IMG/VR virus record: IMGVR_UViG_3300048578_000093
Coordinates: 1 to 30,035 of that record
Source of the DNA: a virus
Taxonomy: Duplodnaviria; Caudoviricetes
Direction: 5' to 3' (one strand)
DNA: 30,035 nucleotides
A program made the translations under genes and the position numbers. Position 1 is the stretch's first letter, and each line of letters begins with the position of its first letter. Positions 7,679 through 16,560 of this stretch are shown piece by piece. A model generated the notes under the pieces. The model was not told the DNA's origin. It was given only the letters and a program-made list of their open reading frames with translations, and made no database searches.

Positions 7679-8112
7679 GCCGCAAACCCCAGGGCGCGTG
7701 CGCCCTCGCGAATTTTGTCAGTGAGTGGAGCGATGGCCAGGGCGATGAAACCGCTGGGGGCCTGTGCTTGGGAATGACCATTCTCAAGAGCTTCAAGATA
7801 TTCGATGTTGTTATACAAAACGTACCTATCTGACTTGGGCAGTGAGGCGATGATCTGTGCAGCCCTGGCGCTGAGGTCGATTTGAGTATAGTCGCCGGGC
7901 GGCAACTCCCAGGCAGACCAATCAGTGTCCAGCATCCACGATCCTGCGCAGCGGCAAGTATCCTTGGGGTTCGTCTCCATCAGCGTCTTCCAGAGGTCAA
8001 AAAGCACCTTCCGCACAAGCGTGTTAAAGTCCCGCTCGTAGACCTCTGCGATCTGGTTGAGAGCCTCGGAGAACTCGGCCGCGTTGCGCTGTACGCCGTC
8101 AAAGCCAGCCAT
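7675..8112 (-). CDS. HK97 gp10-like tail completion / neck protein
   Basis: NPKDTCRCAGSW...YNNIEYLEALENGHSQAQAPSGF. Confidence 0.85.
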   Translation of the reverse strand: MAGFDGVQRNAAEFSEALNQIAEVYERDFNTLVRKVLFDLWKTLMETNPKDTCRCAGSWMLDTDWSAWELPPGDYTQIDLSARAAQIIASLPKSDRYVLYNNIEYLEALENGHSQAQAPSGFIALAIAPLTDKIREGARALGFAA

Positions 8113-8114
8113 GC

Positions 8115-8477
8115 CTACTTCCTCACCTGGACGCGGTAGAGGAGGGCCACGCCGCCCGGGGCCACGGCTTGGCAGGACACGATACCCCATACGCCGCCGG
8201 TCGCATCGAGCAGCTTGTCCGACACGGTGGGTTCGACGCCCAGACCCGAAGCTGCAACTGTAAATTGCTGGTCGCCCTGCTTGATCCGGGTGCCATCGAT
8301 GAGCTTGGCGTGATAGCCGCTGGCCAGGGCATGGCCGGGAAAGTTTTTGACCGTGCCAACGTCGTATTTGCCCGTGGCCGGGTTGAACGGCCCGGGGGTT
8401 GTGCGGCGGATGGCGATGGGCTGGCCATTCTCAATGAAGTCCGGGAGGATGTCGGCGGCTTCGGCGGCGTAGTCCAT
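8115..8477 (-). CDS. Head-tail joining / closure protein
   Basis: IDGTRIKQGDQ...VAPGGVALLYRVQVRK. Confidence 0.8.
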   Translation of the reverse strand: MDYAAEAADILPDFIENGQPIAIRRTTPGPFNPATGKYDVGTVKNFPGHALASGYHAKLIDGTRIKQGDQQFTVAASGLGVEPTVSDKLLDATGGVWGIVSCQAVAPGGVALLYRVQVRK

Positions 8478-8480
8478 ACG

Positions 8481-8852
8481 CTATTCCGCCTCCGTGTAGT
8501 CGCACGGCGGCGTTTCATCGAACCGCACGGCCTTAACGGTGCCCTGACCTTCGACGAGCGCCCGGGTGATGCGGTGCCAGCCGTCCATGACGAATCCCTC
8601 GGCGTCCAGAATGACGGGGTAGTCCATGTCGGCAGCCAGAGCCCGCTTCATGTGCAAGGCAAGGTCGTAGGCGGACCGGATGGGGTCGAACACCTCTGAC
8701 CCAGAGAAAAGCGCGACAAGAGGTAAGTCGAAGGGCTCAAGGCCTTTGGCGCGCTCAATCAGGGAGGTGACACGCCAGACGCGCCTACCATCACGGAATG
8801 TGTTGGAACAGAGCGGGGTCGGCTGGATCGTGACTGGCTTGTAGTTGGGCAT
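8481..8852 (-). CDS. ParB/Srx-like domain protein
   Basis: YPVILDAEGFVMDGWHRITRAL motif. Confidence 0.7.
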   Translation of the reverse strand: MPNYKPVTIQPTPLCSNTFRDGRRVWRVTSLIERAKGLEPFDLPLVALFSGSEVFDPIRSAYDLALHMKRALAADMDYPVILDAEGFVMDGWHRITRALVEGQGTVKAVRFDETPPCDYTEAE

Positions 8853-8854
8853 GG

Positions 8855-9127
8855 CTACGGCCTTATCGCCTGCTCAAATTCATCCACAGGAACGCCATTT
8901 TCAGCGGGCCATTTCTTCGGGAGCACAGCCAGGGCCGCCACAACGTCTATGCGCGCGTAAAGCTCGATAGTGGCCATGGGAAGCGCGAGGAGTTTGCCGC
9001 TGTTGTCGTGAGTTCTGACCGTGACACTGTAGACACCCGGGATGGTGTTTCCTGTGCGCGGGTCAATAACCCGCAACCTCCCCGTGGATTCGTCGGATTC
9101 GATTTTGACAAAGCGATCAAGGCCCAT
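8855..9127 (-). CDS. Hypothetical protein, 90 aa
   Basis: MGLDRFVKIESDEST...; tight coupling to neighbours. Confidence 0.65.
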   Translation of the reverse strand: MGLDRFVKIESDESTGRLRVIDPRTGNTIPGVYSVTVRTHDNSGKLLALPMATIELYARIDVVAALAVLPKKWPAENGVPVDEFEQAIRP

Positions 9128-9129
9128 GG

Positions 9130-9681
9130 CTACCCCCGCACCAGATCCACGCTGTTGCCCGACTTTAAAAACGGCCGCAGCAACGCCTCTACCGCCAAAA
9201 ACCGCGTCCCGGCCGGCGCGCTGCTCGCGTACTGCGTCGTGATGACGTCCACGCGCTTCATGACAATCTGGCCGCCACGCTTCAGGTCCGGCAGCATCTC
9301 GGTGCCTGCCAGGTAGCGCAGGGCGGCCTCGCATTGGGCTTGTTTGACGGGCTCGGGGATCTCGTTGGACGGCCAGGAGGCGTAATACCCACCAGCGCCG
9401 TAGGCGTAACTGTAGCCAGCGCAGGCCATCCCGGACGCGTTCTGCATGGGCACGTTATACCGGGGCCAGCACATGGCCTGATGCACCTCGTCCACCTTGT
9501 CGCCCTGCCAGTGAAGTCCGTTCAGGTATCGCCCGGCACGCACCAGGGCCGCCTCTTTGGCCGCAGCCTCGCCGGTCCAGGCGGCTTCCCCGGACGCGGC
9601 GAAATAGGCGTCGGCATAGGTCGCGTCTGCGAATGTGTTGGCCAGCGGGCCTTTTCCCGTTCCGTCTTCAACCATCAGCAT
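9130..9681 (-). CDS. DnaT-like ssDNA-binding family head-tail connector
   Basis: MLMVEDGTGK..ANTFAD...QAMCWPR...IPEPVKQAQCEAAL. Confidence 0.9.
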   Translation of the reverse strand: MLMVEDGTGKGPLANTFADATYADAYFAASGEAAWTGEAAAKEAALVRAGRYLNGLHWQGDKVDEVHQAMCWPRYNVPMQNASGMACAGYSYAYGAGGYYASWPSNEIPEPVKQAQCEAALRYLAGTEMLPDLKRGGQIVMKRVDVITTQYASSAPAGTRFLAVEALLRPFLKSGNSVDLVRG

Positions 9682-10444
9682 CTTTGTTCTCGCTTGCTTT
9701 TCTCTTGGCCCATATCTTTTTCATTTTTTCGCTTTGTTTCCGCCTGTATTCCTCGCTGCCAGCGACTACCTTCAAGTTCTGGAGCCTCTTCGGAGAAGAT
9801 GCCGCCATTTTCATAATCTCTCTTTGAGCTTCAAGAGATTCTGGGTTTGAAAATCGGCGTTTGTTGGACTCAGAAATGGCTTTTTTGTGTTCTTCGCTGC
9901 GCGGGCCTTTCCCCGTTTCACCGCGCCTGATATTTTCTTCTAGTGAGACAGGCTCAAGATGCTCTGGGTTCACACAAGACCTATTTCTGCACAAATGGTC
10001 CAAAACAAGGCCTTCAGGAATTTTCCCGACAAAATATTCGTAACTAAGTCTGTGTATGTAAACATTACGTTTCCCATTGACGGAAGCTCTTGCGTACCCA
10101 CCTTCCGTGTGCCCAGTCCAGAACCAGCAATCTAGCCCGTCAACAATTTTTATTCTTTTCTTTATAAATGATTCAATATCAACAATACGTCTTGATTTTT
10201 CAAAACACTCTTTGCTGCAATACTTTCTTCTTTCGACTTTTGATTTTTCTCCCGATATGTCTTTGCCACAAACGGGGCAAGGCTTAGATACTATATTCTT
10301 TTTCCCTTTATTGTGAGGTTCCTTCCCCCTCTTGAATTCAGCATAGCACTCCCTGGAGCAAAAATGGTTTTCCCCCACCTGGGACGGCCACTGAAGAAAT
10401 TTCGCTCCGCACGAATCGCACTCGTAAAGCTGCTTCTGTGACAT
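9668..10444 (-). CDS. HNH homing endonuclease with Cys-rich repeats and NUMOD3-like tail
   Basis: FCSRECY/YCSKECF repeats; CWFWTG, HRLSYE, LDHLCRNRSCVNPEHLEPV; RSEEHKKAISES; AT-rich; AAGGAG SD. Confidence 0.92.
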   Translation of the reverse strand: MSQKQLYECDSCGAKFLQWPSQVGENHFCSRECYAEFKRGKEPHNKGKKNIVSKPCPVCGKDISGEKSKVERRKYCSKECFEKSRRIVDIESFIKKRIKIVDGLDCWFWTGHTEGGYARASVNGKRNVYIHRLSYEYFVGKIPEGLVLDHLCRNRSCVNPEHLEPVSLEENIRRGETGKGPRSEEHKKAISESNKRRFSNPESLEAQREIMKMAASSPKRLQNLKVVAGSEEYRRKQSEKMKKIWAKRKASENKDADG

Positions 10445-10541
10445 ATACCGATCTCCTTTTGTCTGATGGGTATATCTTGCAGCTTCTGATATTAAAATCA
10501 AGGTTATTATTAGGGCCATGAAGGCCATGGCCCGCCATGGG

Positions 10542-10802
10542 CTACGCCTTGGGCTCCGCTTCGGCAGCCTGAATCACGGCCAGGACAGCGTCCTTGGTGG
10601 TGGCGTCGGCCCCAATGGTGATGCCGCGCTCTTTGGCGTAGGCGCGCATCTGGAGCAAGGTCATATCCGCCAAGGCCTTGGGCTCCGCTTCGGCAGCCTC
10701 GCCGAACTTGGTGTGTTCCTGCGGGTCAAAATCGGCCTTGTTGATGACCAAGCCGTCCGGGAACCCTTCGTGGACGATGCGGATGGTTTCGGTGTCGATC
10801 AT
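10542..10802 (-). CDS. Small capsid-associated protein with HeH/Rho-N-like domain
   Basis: VINKADFDP; LADMTLLQMRAYAKERGITI...TKDAVLAVI. Confidence 0.75.
   Translation of the reverse strand: MIDTETIRIVHEGFPDGLVINKADFDPQEHTKFGEAAEAEPKALADMTLLQMRAYAKERGITIGADATTKDAVLAVIQAAEAEPKA
10546..10699. repeat. 25-bp perfect direct repeat (10546-10570, 10675-10699)
   Basis: gccttgggctccgcttcggcagcct twice, encoding AAEAEPKA. Confidence 0.9.
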
Positions 10803-10858
10803 GAATCCTCCCTGTGCAGCGGGAGACCTCGAAAGGCCTCCCTCTGTTGTTCTTGTCC

Positions 10859-12007
10859 CTAGCCGGCCACGCGCGCGCCGAGTTCACGCCGCACCACGTC
10901 GGCACCGTAAAGGACGTCGTAGGAGAAGCGGGTGCGCTTGTGCTCCCGGGAGACTTCCAGGCGCAGGGTCAGGCCGGACTGCGGGTCCACGGCGGATTGG
11001 AGCAGATTGCCCAGGCCTTCGGCCGAATCGATCAAGGGCCGGGTGGCGAAGGCGATGGCGTCACGGTGGAAGGCCAGATTCATGACGTGGCTGGCCTTGA
11101 CGGTCACGGCTTCGCCGCCGGCCAGGGCCACCTGTTTGGGCGGATAGATGGGCAACGCGATGTCGGTGGCCGCTGCGGCCTGCGCGACGTCGGTGGTCAG
11201 TACATAGGTCTGAGAGTCGCCGGCAAAGAGGACAATGTCGCCTTCCTTAAGAGCGCAGGCCCCAGTGGCGGCGGCCGTAGTGCAGACGATGCTGGTCAGG
11301 CCGGCGGCCTGGGGCGTGGCAGCCTTGGCAGCCAAGCCGGTGGTGATGGCGCCGGAAGTGTGAGACGGCACCTGTTGGTCCGAAAAGACGTCGAAACCAA
11401 ACCGCTTCCCGAGAACACCCTCGACCATGACCTTATCGTTGCCGCTCTGGTTCACGTACTGGAAGGCGGGCAGCGCCAAGGCTTTGGCTTCAGCATCCAC
11501 GTCCAGGATAAGGCGACGATCCCCGCCCGGGGCGAGTTGCTTGTTCAAGACCTTGCGGACGTCGGTGGCGGCGTCGGAATTGGCAGCGAAGGGCGTGGTG
11601 CCCGGGGTGCCGACAAAGCCGTAGAACTTCCGGCCCAGACCAAGCAAATACCCGTTGACGTTGTTGGCCAGGGCCTTGACGGCTTCCGATGCCTGCATGG
11701 GGATGGTGCCGTTCATGATCTGGAGAAAATCGTTGTCGGTCAGATAGAACGGGGCCTCGAACCACTGGTCCATCTTGATCTGGGCCATGGTCGGGCCGAT
11801 GTCGGCGGTGGTCGGCGGGGTCGGCCCCGGCGAAACGGCCTGGGCCTGAATCGCGGAAGGGATCGGCACGTCAATGGTGGAGCCTTTCTGGGCGGCCAGG
11901 GCCGAATAGTCGGCGTTCACCAGACGCGGCATGACGCAGGCCCCGCGCAGGGCAAGCAGGCCCTGGGCGAGCAGGCGGGGGATGACAACGGAAAGCGAGT
12001 TGCCCAT
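10859..12007 (-). CDS. Major capsid protein, P22 coat family
   Basis: KGSTIDVPIP...NLAFHRDAIAFATRPL...FSYDVLYGADVVRRELGARVAG. Confidence 0.95.
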   Translation of the reverse strand: MGNSLSVVIPRLLAQGLLALRGACVMPRLVNADYSALAAQKGSTIDVPIPSAIQAQAVSPGPTPPTTADIGPTMAQIKMDQWFEAPFYLTDNDFLQIMNGTIPMQASEAVKALANNVNGYLLGLGRKFYGFVGTPGTTPFAANSDAATDVRKVLNKQLAPGGDRRLILDVDAEAKALALPAFQYVNQSGNDKVMVEGVLGKRFGFDVFSDQQVPSHTSGAITTGLAAKAATPQAAGLTSIVCTTAAATGACALKEGDIVLFAGDSQTYVLTTDVAQAAAATDIALPIYPPKQVALAGGEAVTVKASHVMNLAFHRDAIAFATRPLIDSAEGLGNLLQSAVDPQSGLTLRLEVSREHKRTRFSYDVLYGADVVRRELGARVAG

Positions 12008-12031
12008 GGAAATGCTCCTTGAATTTTTGGA

Positions 12032-12775
12032 TTACACGACGGTCATATCGCCCTTGGCGATGGCTTCCAGGTTCTGCCCGAAAGCCATGGGGTCGCCCTT
12101 GGCGATGGTGCCCGGCGCACCCTGGCGGTTGACGTTGTCCTGTTGCGCGCCGCCGCCGGTGGCACCGGTGCCATCAAAGGCGCGGCCGAAAATGTCAGAC
12201 TTCTTCATTTCCGCCACGAGGTCAGGGATGGTCATGGGAGTGCCCTTGCCATCGACAATGCGGGGGTTGCCCTGGGCATCCACCACTTTGACGGCATAGC
12301 CTCCGTTTTCTTCGACCACCTTCACGGCGGCCTTCACGTGGGGCAGGAGCAGGGCAGGAATGCCTTTGGCCTCGGCAAGCGCGCGCGTGGCCTCGGCGTC
12401 CACCAAATGCTGCTCCAAAGCCTTCTGCATGGCCGAAACCTTCCCGGTCGCGGCTTCAAGTTCCTTCTGGTGCTTGTCCAAAAGCTGGCCCTTGAGCTGG
12501 TCCCACTGTCCCTTGGCCTCGGCGTCTTTGGCGGCCCGGTCGTCGGCTTCTTTCTTGAGTCGGGCGTATTCGTCGGGGTCCAAGTCCTTGAGGCCGGAGA
12601 GCTTCTTCTCGAAGTCCCGGGCGCGTTCGCGTTCCTTTTGCAGTGCCGACTTCAAGCCGGAAGTGTCTTCAAGACCGTCCACGTCGAGGTGAAACTTCCC
12701 GTCCTTCTCGACGTAAAGCGCCTTCTGGCCATCATCGAGGCCGTCCAAGGTGTCCAAAATGAGCTTCAGGGCCAT
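12032..12775 (-). CDS. Head scaffolding protein
   Basis: LYVEKDGKFHLDVDGLEDTSGLKSALQKER coiled coil; GATGGGA tail; upstream of capsid. Confidence 0.85.
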   Translation of the reverse strand: MALKLILDTLDGLDDGQKALYVEKDGKFHLDVDGLEDTSGLKSALQKERERARDFEKKLSGLKDLDPDEYARLKKEADDRAAKDAEAKGQWDQLKGQLLDKHQKELEAATGKVSAMQKALEQHLVDAEATRALAEAKGIPALLLPHVKAAVKVVEENGGYAVKVVDAQGNPRIVDGKGTPMTIPDLVAEMKKSDIFGRAFDGTGATGGGAQQDNVNRQGAPGTIAKGDPMAFGQNLEAIAKGDMTVV

Positions 12776-12844
12776 GTTCGATCCCTCCCGGATCATTTGC
12801 CCCCAGGCGTCACGCGAGGAGGCGTATGCGTTGAGATGCGGCCC

Positions 12845-12890
12845 ACGCTAAGAACCCCGAAGGACAACAGCCATTACATTGATGAGAAAA
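12845..12890 (-). promoter_or_regulatory. Putative Mor-dependent late promoter (scaffold/capsid)
   Basis: TTTTCTCA-N5-GTAATGGC-N3-TGTCC-N11-TAGCGT. Confidence 0.7.
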
Positions 12891-12947
12891 AGATGGGGGT
12901 GGGGAGGGAAAACGACGGAAAGGGCGATGCCAAAACTTGATGGCCTC

Positions 12948-12982
12948 TTGACTTTGGCCCTGCACGCGGTACTATTTTACCC
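12948..12982 (+). promoter_or_regulatory. Sigma70-like promoter of second hicAB, probably leaderless
   Basis: TTGACT-N16-TACTAT; ATG 35 nt after start of -35; no SD. Confidence 0.55.
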
Positions 12983-13222
12983 ATGAGCACGGCAGACAAG
13001 ACTCTGGCCCGGATGCGCCAAAACCCGCGCGACTGGCGGATTGAAGACCTGGAGGGTGTTGCCAAGCGCCTGGGGTTCTCGATTCGTAGGGCGGCGGGTA
13101 GCCATGTGACGATCAGCGCCACCGGGTGCCCAACCGTTGTAACCGTGCCAGCGCATAAGCCCGTCAAGCCGGCCTACGTTCGGATGTTTCTCCGGCTAGT
13201 TGATGAGGCCACGGAGGTTTAG
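12983..13222 (+). CDS. hicA: HicA family toxin, second system
   Basis: GSHVTI...VTVPAHKPVKPAYVRMFL. Confidence 0.92.
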   Translation: MSTADKTLARMRQNPRDWRIEDLEGVAKRLGFSIRRAAGSHVTISATGCPTVVTVPAHKPVKPAYVRMFLRLVDEATEV

Positions 13223-13225
13223 GCT

Positions 13226-13594
13226 ATGGACACCATGCCCAAGTTTGATGATTATCCGTTTCGGATAACGCCCCTTTCCGACGACGACGGCGGCGGCTAC
13301 CTGATTACGTTCCCCGATCTGCCCGGCTGCATGAGCGATGGCGAGACACCGGAAGAGGCTATCGAAATGGGGCGCGATGCGTTCAAGTGCTGGATGGCCG
13401 TCTATATCGAGGATAGCCGCGTGATTCCTCTGCCCGGCAGCGGCGGCCCCGCCTCGGGGAAGTTCAACCTCCGAGCCCCCAAGAGCCTTCACGCCAAGTT
13501 GTCCAGGCAAGCAGAAGTCGAGGGTGTCAGCATGAACACGCTGGCCGTTGCGATCTTGGCCGAGGGGTTGGGGAGAAAGCAGGCCAGTAGGTGA
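13226..13594 (+). CDS. hicB: HicB family antitoxin, second system
   Basis: GGYLITFPDLPGCMSDGETPEEA...SGKFNLRAPKSLH...EGVSMN. Confidence 0.95.
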   Translation: MDTMPKFDDYPFRITPLSDDDGGGYLITFPDLPGCMSDGETPEEAIEMGRDAFKCWMAVYIEDSRVIPLPGSGGPASGKFNLRAPKSLHAKLSRQAEVEGVSMNTLAVAILAEGLGRKQASR

Positions 13595-13601
13595 GGCGGC
13601 G

Positions 13602-13958
13602 GTGAAAATCATGGAGTGCATCAAGACGGAAGAGGATTACGAAAAGGCCCTCGCCACTGTCCAAAGCCTCATGAACGCCAAAGAAGGGACCGAGGACGTT
13701 GAGCGCCTGGAGCATTGGGTCAAGCTCGTCGAAGCCTACGAAGACGAGCACTACCCAATTCCCAAGCCAACCCCGCTTGAAGCCATCGAATTTGCCATGG
13801 ACCAGCAGGGCCTGACCCGTCGCGACCTGGAGCCGTTCATGGGAAACGAGGCTGTTGTATCTGAGGTCTTGGCCGGAAATCGTCGGCTGTCCTTGGACAT
13901 GGCCCGTGCCCTACACGCCGGCCTGGGCATCCCTTTCGATACCTTGGCCCAGGGATAG
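13602..13958 (+). CDS. higA: HigA-like HTH antitoxin (orphan)
   Basis: IKTEEDYEKAL...LVEAYEDEHYPI..PTPLEAIEFAMDQQGLTRRDL...VSEVLAGNRRLSL. Confidence 0.85.
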   Translation: MKIMECIKTEEDYEKALATVQSLMNAKEGTEDVERLEHWVKLVEAYEDEHYPIPKPTPLEAIEFAMDQQGLTRRDLEPFMGNEAVVSEVLAGNRRLSLDMARALHAGLGIPFDTLAQG

Positions 13959-13970
13959 AGGGTTGATTCC

Positions 13971-14420
13971 ATGAAATTCGGCTTCCGCACCCCCTCCCTC
14001 AAAAAGCGCATCGCCGCCCGCACGTCGCCGGCCCGGTTCATCCGGCATTCCCTCGGCCTCAAGGCCCCGCGCGGCTGGGGCTGGCTCACGAACCCGAAGA
14101 AGGCCGCCTACAACCGGGTTTACAACCGGACCACCTTCGGGTGTCTGCTGCCGATCCTGGCCGGGCTGCTGCTTGTGGGGCTGCTGGGCGGGTGGGCCTT
14201 CGCTGCCAAAGAGTCCCACGTCTACGACGCCCAAGGCCGTTACCAGGGCCGGGCCACCACGAACACGGCCAATCCACAGTAAAAGAGCCTGTACGATGCG
14301 AAAGGGCGGTATATTGGGCGGGTGATGACGGATAGCAACGGCAACGCCCGGGTTTATGACAATCACGGGAAGTATCAGGGGAGGGCGACGGGATGGCCGG
14401 GCAAGGAGAGCACAAAGTGA
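13971..14420 (+). pseudogene. Membrane-anchored YDxxGRY-repeat protein with internal TAA at 14280-14282
   Basis: Frame stays open after the stop and the repeat continues (YDAKGRYIGR, YDNHGKYQGR) to TGA at 14420. Confidence 0.7.
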
Positions 14421-14575
14421 ATGGGAGCATGATCGTGAAATGGTTTTATCTTATCGCAATAGTTGTTACGCTTGGCGTCGTTGCTCGACATGTCTCACCT
14501 CTTGACAAGGATACGCTGAATGCCCTTGTTTGTTCGTTCGATACGACCGAAGTAATGACGTACATTAGAAAATAA
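14417..14575 (+). CDS. Small TM hypothetical protein
   Basis: GTGA overlap, AGGAG SD; WFYLIAIVVTLGVVA hydrophobic stretch. Confidence 0.5.
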   Translation: MNGSMIVKWFYLIAIVVTLGVVARHVSPLDKDTLNALVCSFDTTEVMTYIRK

Positions 14576-14579
14576 TCAT

Positions 14580-14882
14580 TCAATTCACCTTCCCGCCATC
14601 GTCGGTGTCTACGGCAACAACAACTTCCGCAACACCGCCCTTGCCCTTTCTTTTCGCCTTCTGCATCTCGTTGTACACTCTGTCGATGGACTCATCCGGG
14701 AGCATTTGTGCTTGCCCTGCTAGATTTCGCGCCATGCCGGCTTGACGAAATAGGGCGGTGGCCTGCCGCTCCAGGTTGTCGGCATGGGACATCCAAAAGG
14801 TACAGACCGCCAGCCGCTTGGACAACGCCTGCCTCGGCGAAGATGGGCCACAGGGTTTCATCGGTGGTCTTTTTTTGCTCAT
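14580..14882 (-). CDS. Hypothetical protein, 100 aa
   Basis: GGAGG SD. Confidence 0.65.
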   Translation of the reverse strand: MSKKRPPMKPCGPSSPRQALSKRLAVCTFWMSHADNLERQATALFRQAGMARNLAGQAQMLPDESIDRVYNEMQKAKRKGKGGVAEVVVAVDTDDGGKVN

Positions 14883-14966
14883 GATGCCTCCAGAATCAGG
14901 GAACTCTTTTGAAATATGGCCGCCCCGAAGAACGGCCCGAACCTTGCCTGAGCGCGCCCGTGTCCA

Positions 14967-15152
14967 CTACTTCATCTCAAACAGGCTGCACCACCAGTCC
15001 TTACGCACGCGCGGGTATGCCGCCAGTCGCAATCCGCGTTCGCGGGGCGGACGGATGGCGCATAGAAATACTCTCCACTTCAGGAAGCGTGTGCGGCCGG
15101 GGCGGCAGAAAGAACAGGTTTCGCAACAGTGACGTTCTCCGTGAATATCCAT
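14967..15152 (-). CDS. Small Cys-rich protein, 61 aa
   Basis: AGGAG SD; CCETCSFC...C...WC pattern. Confidence 0.6.
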   Translation of the reverse strand: MDIHGERHCCETCSFCRPGRTRFLKWRVFLCAIRPPRERGLRLAAYPRVRKDWWCSLFEMK

Positions 15153-15163
15153 AGCTTCTCCTT

Positions 15164-16069
15164 CTAGGGTTGGGCTAGTACTTCTGGCTCTTGCAAAATT
15201 GACGGATCGACGCCAAGCTCTTTGCAGAGGTTGCGGACAAGGGCTTCCATGCGCTTCATCTTCTTGGCTTGACCAAAAATAATAGACCGAAGCTCTTTGC
15301 ATCGCTCTACAACATTTTCGTCTTCTTGCTCCTGGCGCTTCTGCTCTCTATAATCAGCAATAGCCTTCTTGAATGTTTCAGCCTCGTCCCTAGGTGTCCT
15401 GCTGCCGTCAAGGATTTGTCTTGTCGCGGCAAGCCGGTTCGCTATTGCCCCGTGAATTCCACCTACCGTATCAAGCCCGCACTCTTTTGCTATCGGTTTG
15501 AAATCTGCCGAAGTAGTTTTGTCTAAATAAGCAACGCGACATTTTGCAAGGAAAACATCTATCAAACCATCTTCCTGCTTTGATCCGGGGGCAGGCTTGG
15601 AGCACTTCAGGGGAGGAGATAGCTGGGCTTTTTCGCCAATTGCCTTGCAGGCAGTATCGCCAGCATCTTTAAAAGCGCCATGTTTTCTCATGTATTGATC
15701 TATCCTTAACGTTTCTAGATTGTTTTTGTTCGCCGCCCTACGCTCATATGAAGAAATGGTACCGGCGGAAACGCCTATTTTTTCGCCAAGCTCATATTGA
15801 TTCAGAAGGAGCGACATCCTTAGCCGAAACAATCTCTCCCCGTCTCCATAGATATCAAACATCGACGAAGCCTTCCCGGGGATGCTGCCCTTGTTGGCTG
15901 CCTCAACCCTTCTGTTGACGGCAGAAGCCATTCTATTTGCTTTTTTCGAATCTATAGCAGGACAATCCCAGCAGAACTTGTCTTTGCTGAAAGGATCGGT
16001 CATCTCAAACCAAGCCCGGCATTTCTCTTTTTTCAAAACGACATGCGCCCATTCTGATAAGATCGTCAT
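15164..16069 (-). CDS. XRE-family HTH protein, 301 aa
   Basis: LRMSLLLNQYELGEKIGVSAGTISSYER; C-terminal coiled coil; GGAGG SD. Confidence 0.8.
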   Translation of the reverse strand: MTILSEWAHVVLKKEKCRAWFEMTDPFSKDKFCWDCPAIDSKKANRMASAVNRRVEAANKGSIPGKASSMFDIYGDGERLFRLRMSLLLNQYELGEKIGVSAGTISSYERRAANKNNLETLRIDQYMRKHGAFKDAGDTACKAIGEKAQLSPPLKCSKPAPGSKQEDGLIDVFLAKCRVAYLDKTTSADFKPIAKECGLDTVGGIHGAIANRLAATRQILDGSRTPRDEAETFKKAIADYREQKRQEQEDENVVERCKELRSIIFGQAKKMKRMEALVRNLCKELGVDPSILQEPEVLAQP

Positions 16070-16287
16070 ACGCCATCCTCCTCCAATCGCTTGGCTCCAA
16101 CAATCTTGCGGAGCTTTTCTTCTATCGCCGGCTCCAATACCGACATGATGAATTTCTGAGTAGACAACGGGGTGTTCTCGCGGATGAAGGCGAGCTTCGC
16201 CCACTGGACTTCTGTCAGGCGCAGGTTAATCCCCTTTTCTACCCAGGGATTGGCGTCCCACCAGGGGAGAGGCTCATTCAGCGCCAT
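16066..16287 (-). CDS. RHH-like small DNA-binding protein
   Basis: KGINLRLTEVQWAKLAFIRENT..STQKFIMSVLEPAIEEKL. Confidence 0.65.
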   Translation of the reverse strand: MALNEPLPWWDANPWVEKGINLRLTEVQWAKLAFIRENTPLSTQKFIMSVLEPAIEEKLRKIVGAKRLEEDGV

Positions 16288-16525
16288 CGTTCGCCACCTC
16301 CTCCCGCAGCGTCCCCGCCCACCACTTCAAAAATTCATCACGCAGCACCAGAACCTTCTTGCCCGAGCGCACAAAGCACGCCGCCGGAACCTGTTTTTTT
16401 GCCCTGGAGTTCAGGATCGTGCGCCAAACAATGGCCCCTCCGGTCAACTCGTCAAGGTTCTGGCCGGCGAAGATTGGCGGCAAGGTGGCCCGTAAATCTT
16501 CGAGAACCTGAGCGGTATTTCCCAT
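16274..16525 (-). CDS. Excisionase/AlpA-like winged-helix protein
   Basis: LPPIFA...LTGGAIVWRTILN...FVRSGKKVLVLRDEFLKWW. Confidence 0.6.
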   Translation of the reverse strand: MGNTAQVLEDLRATLPPIFAGQNLDELTGGAIVWRTILNSRAKKQVPAACFVRSGKKVLVLRDEFLKWWAGTLREEVANDGAE

Positions 16526-16560
16526 CGCTTGCCCTCCCGTGAATCATGTTGTTCACGGGA

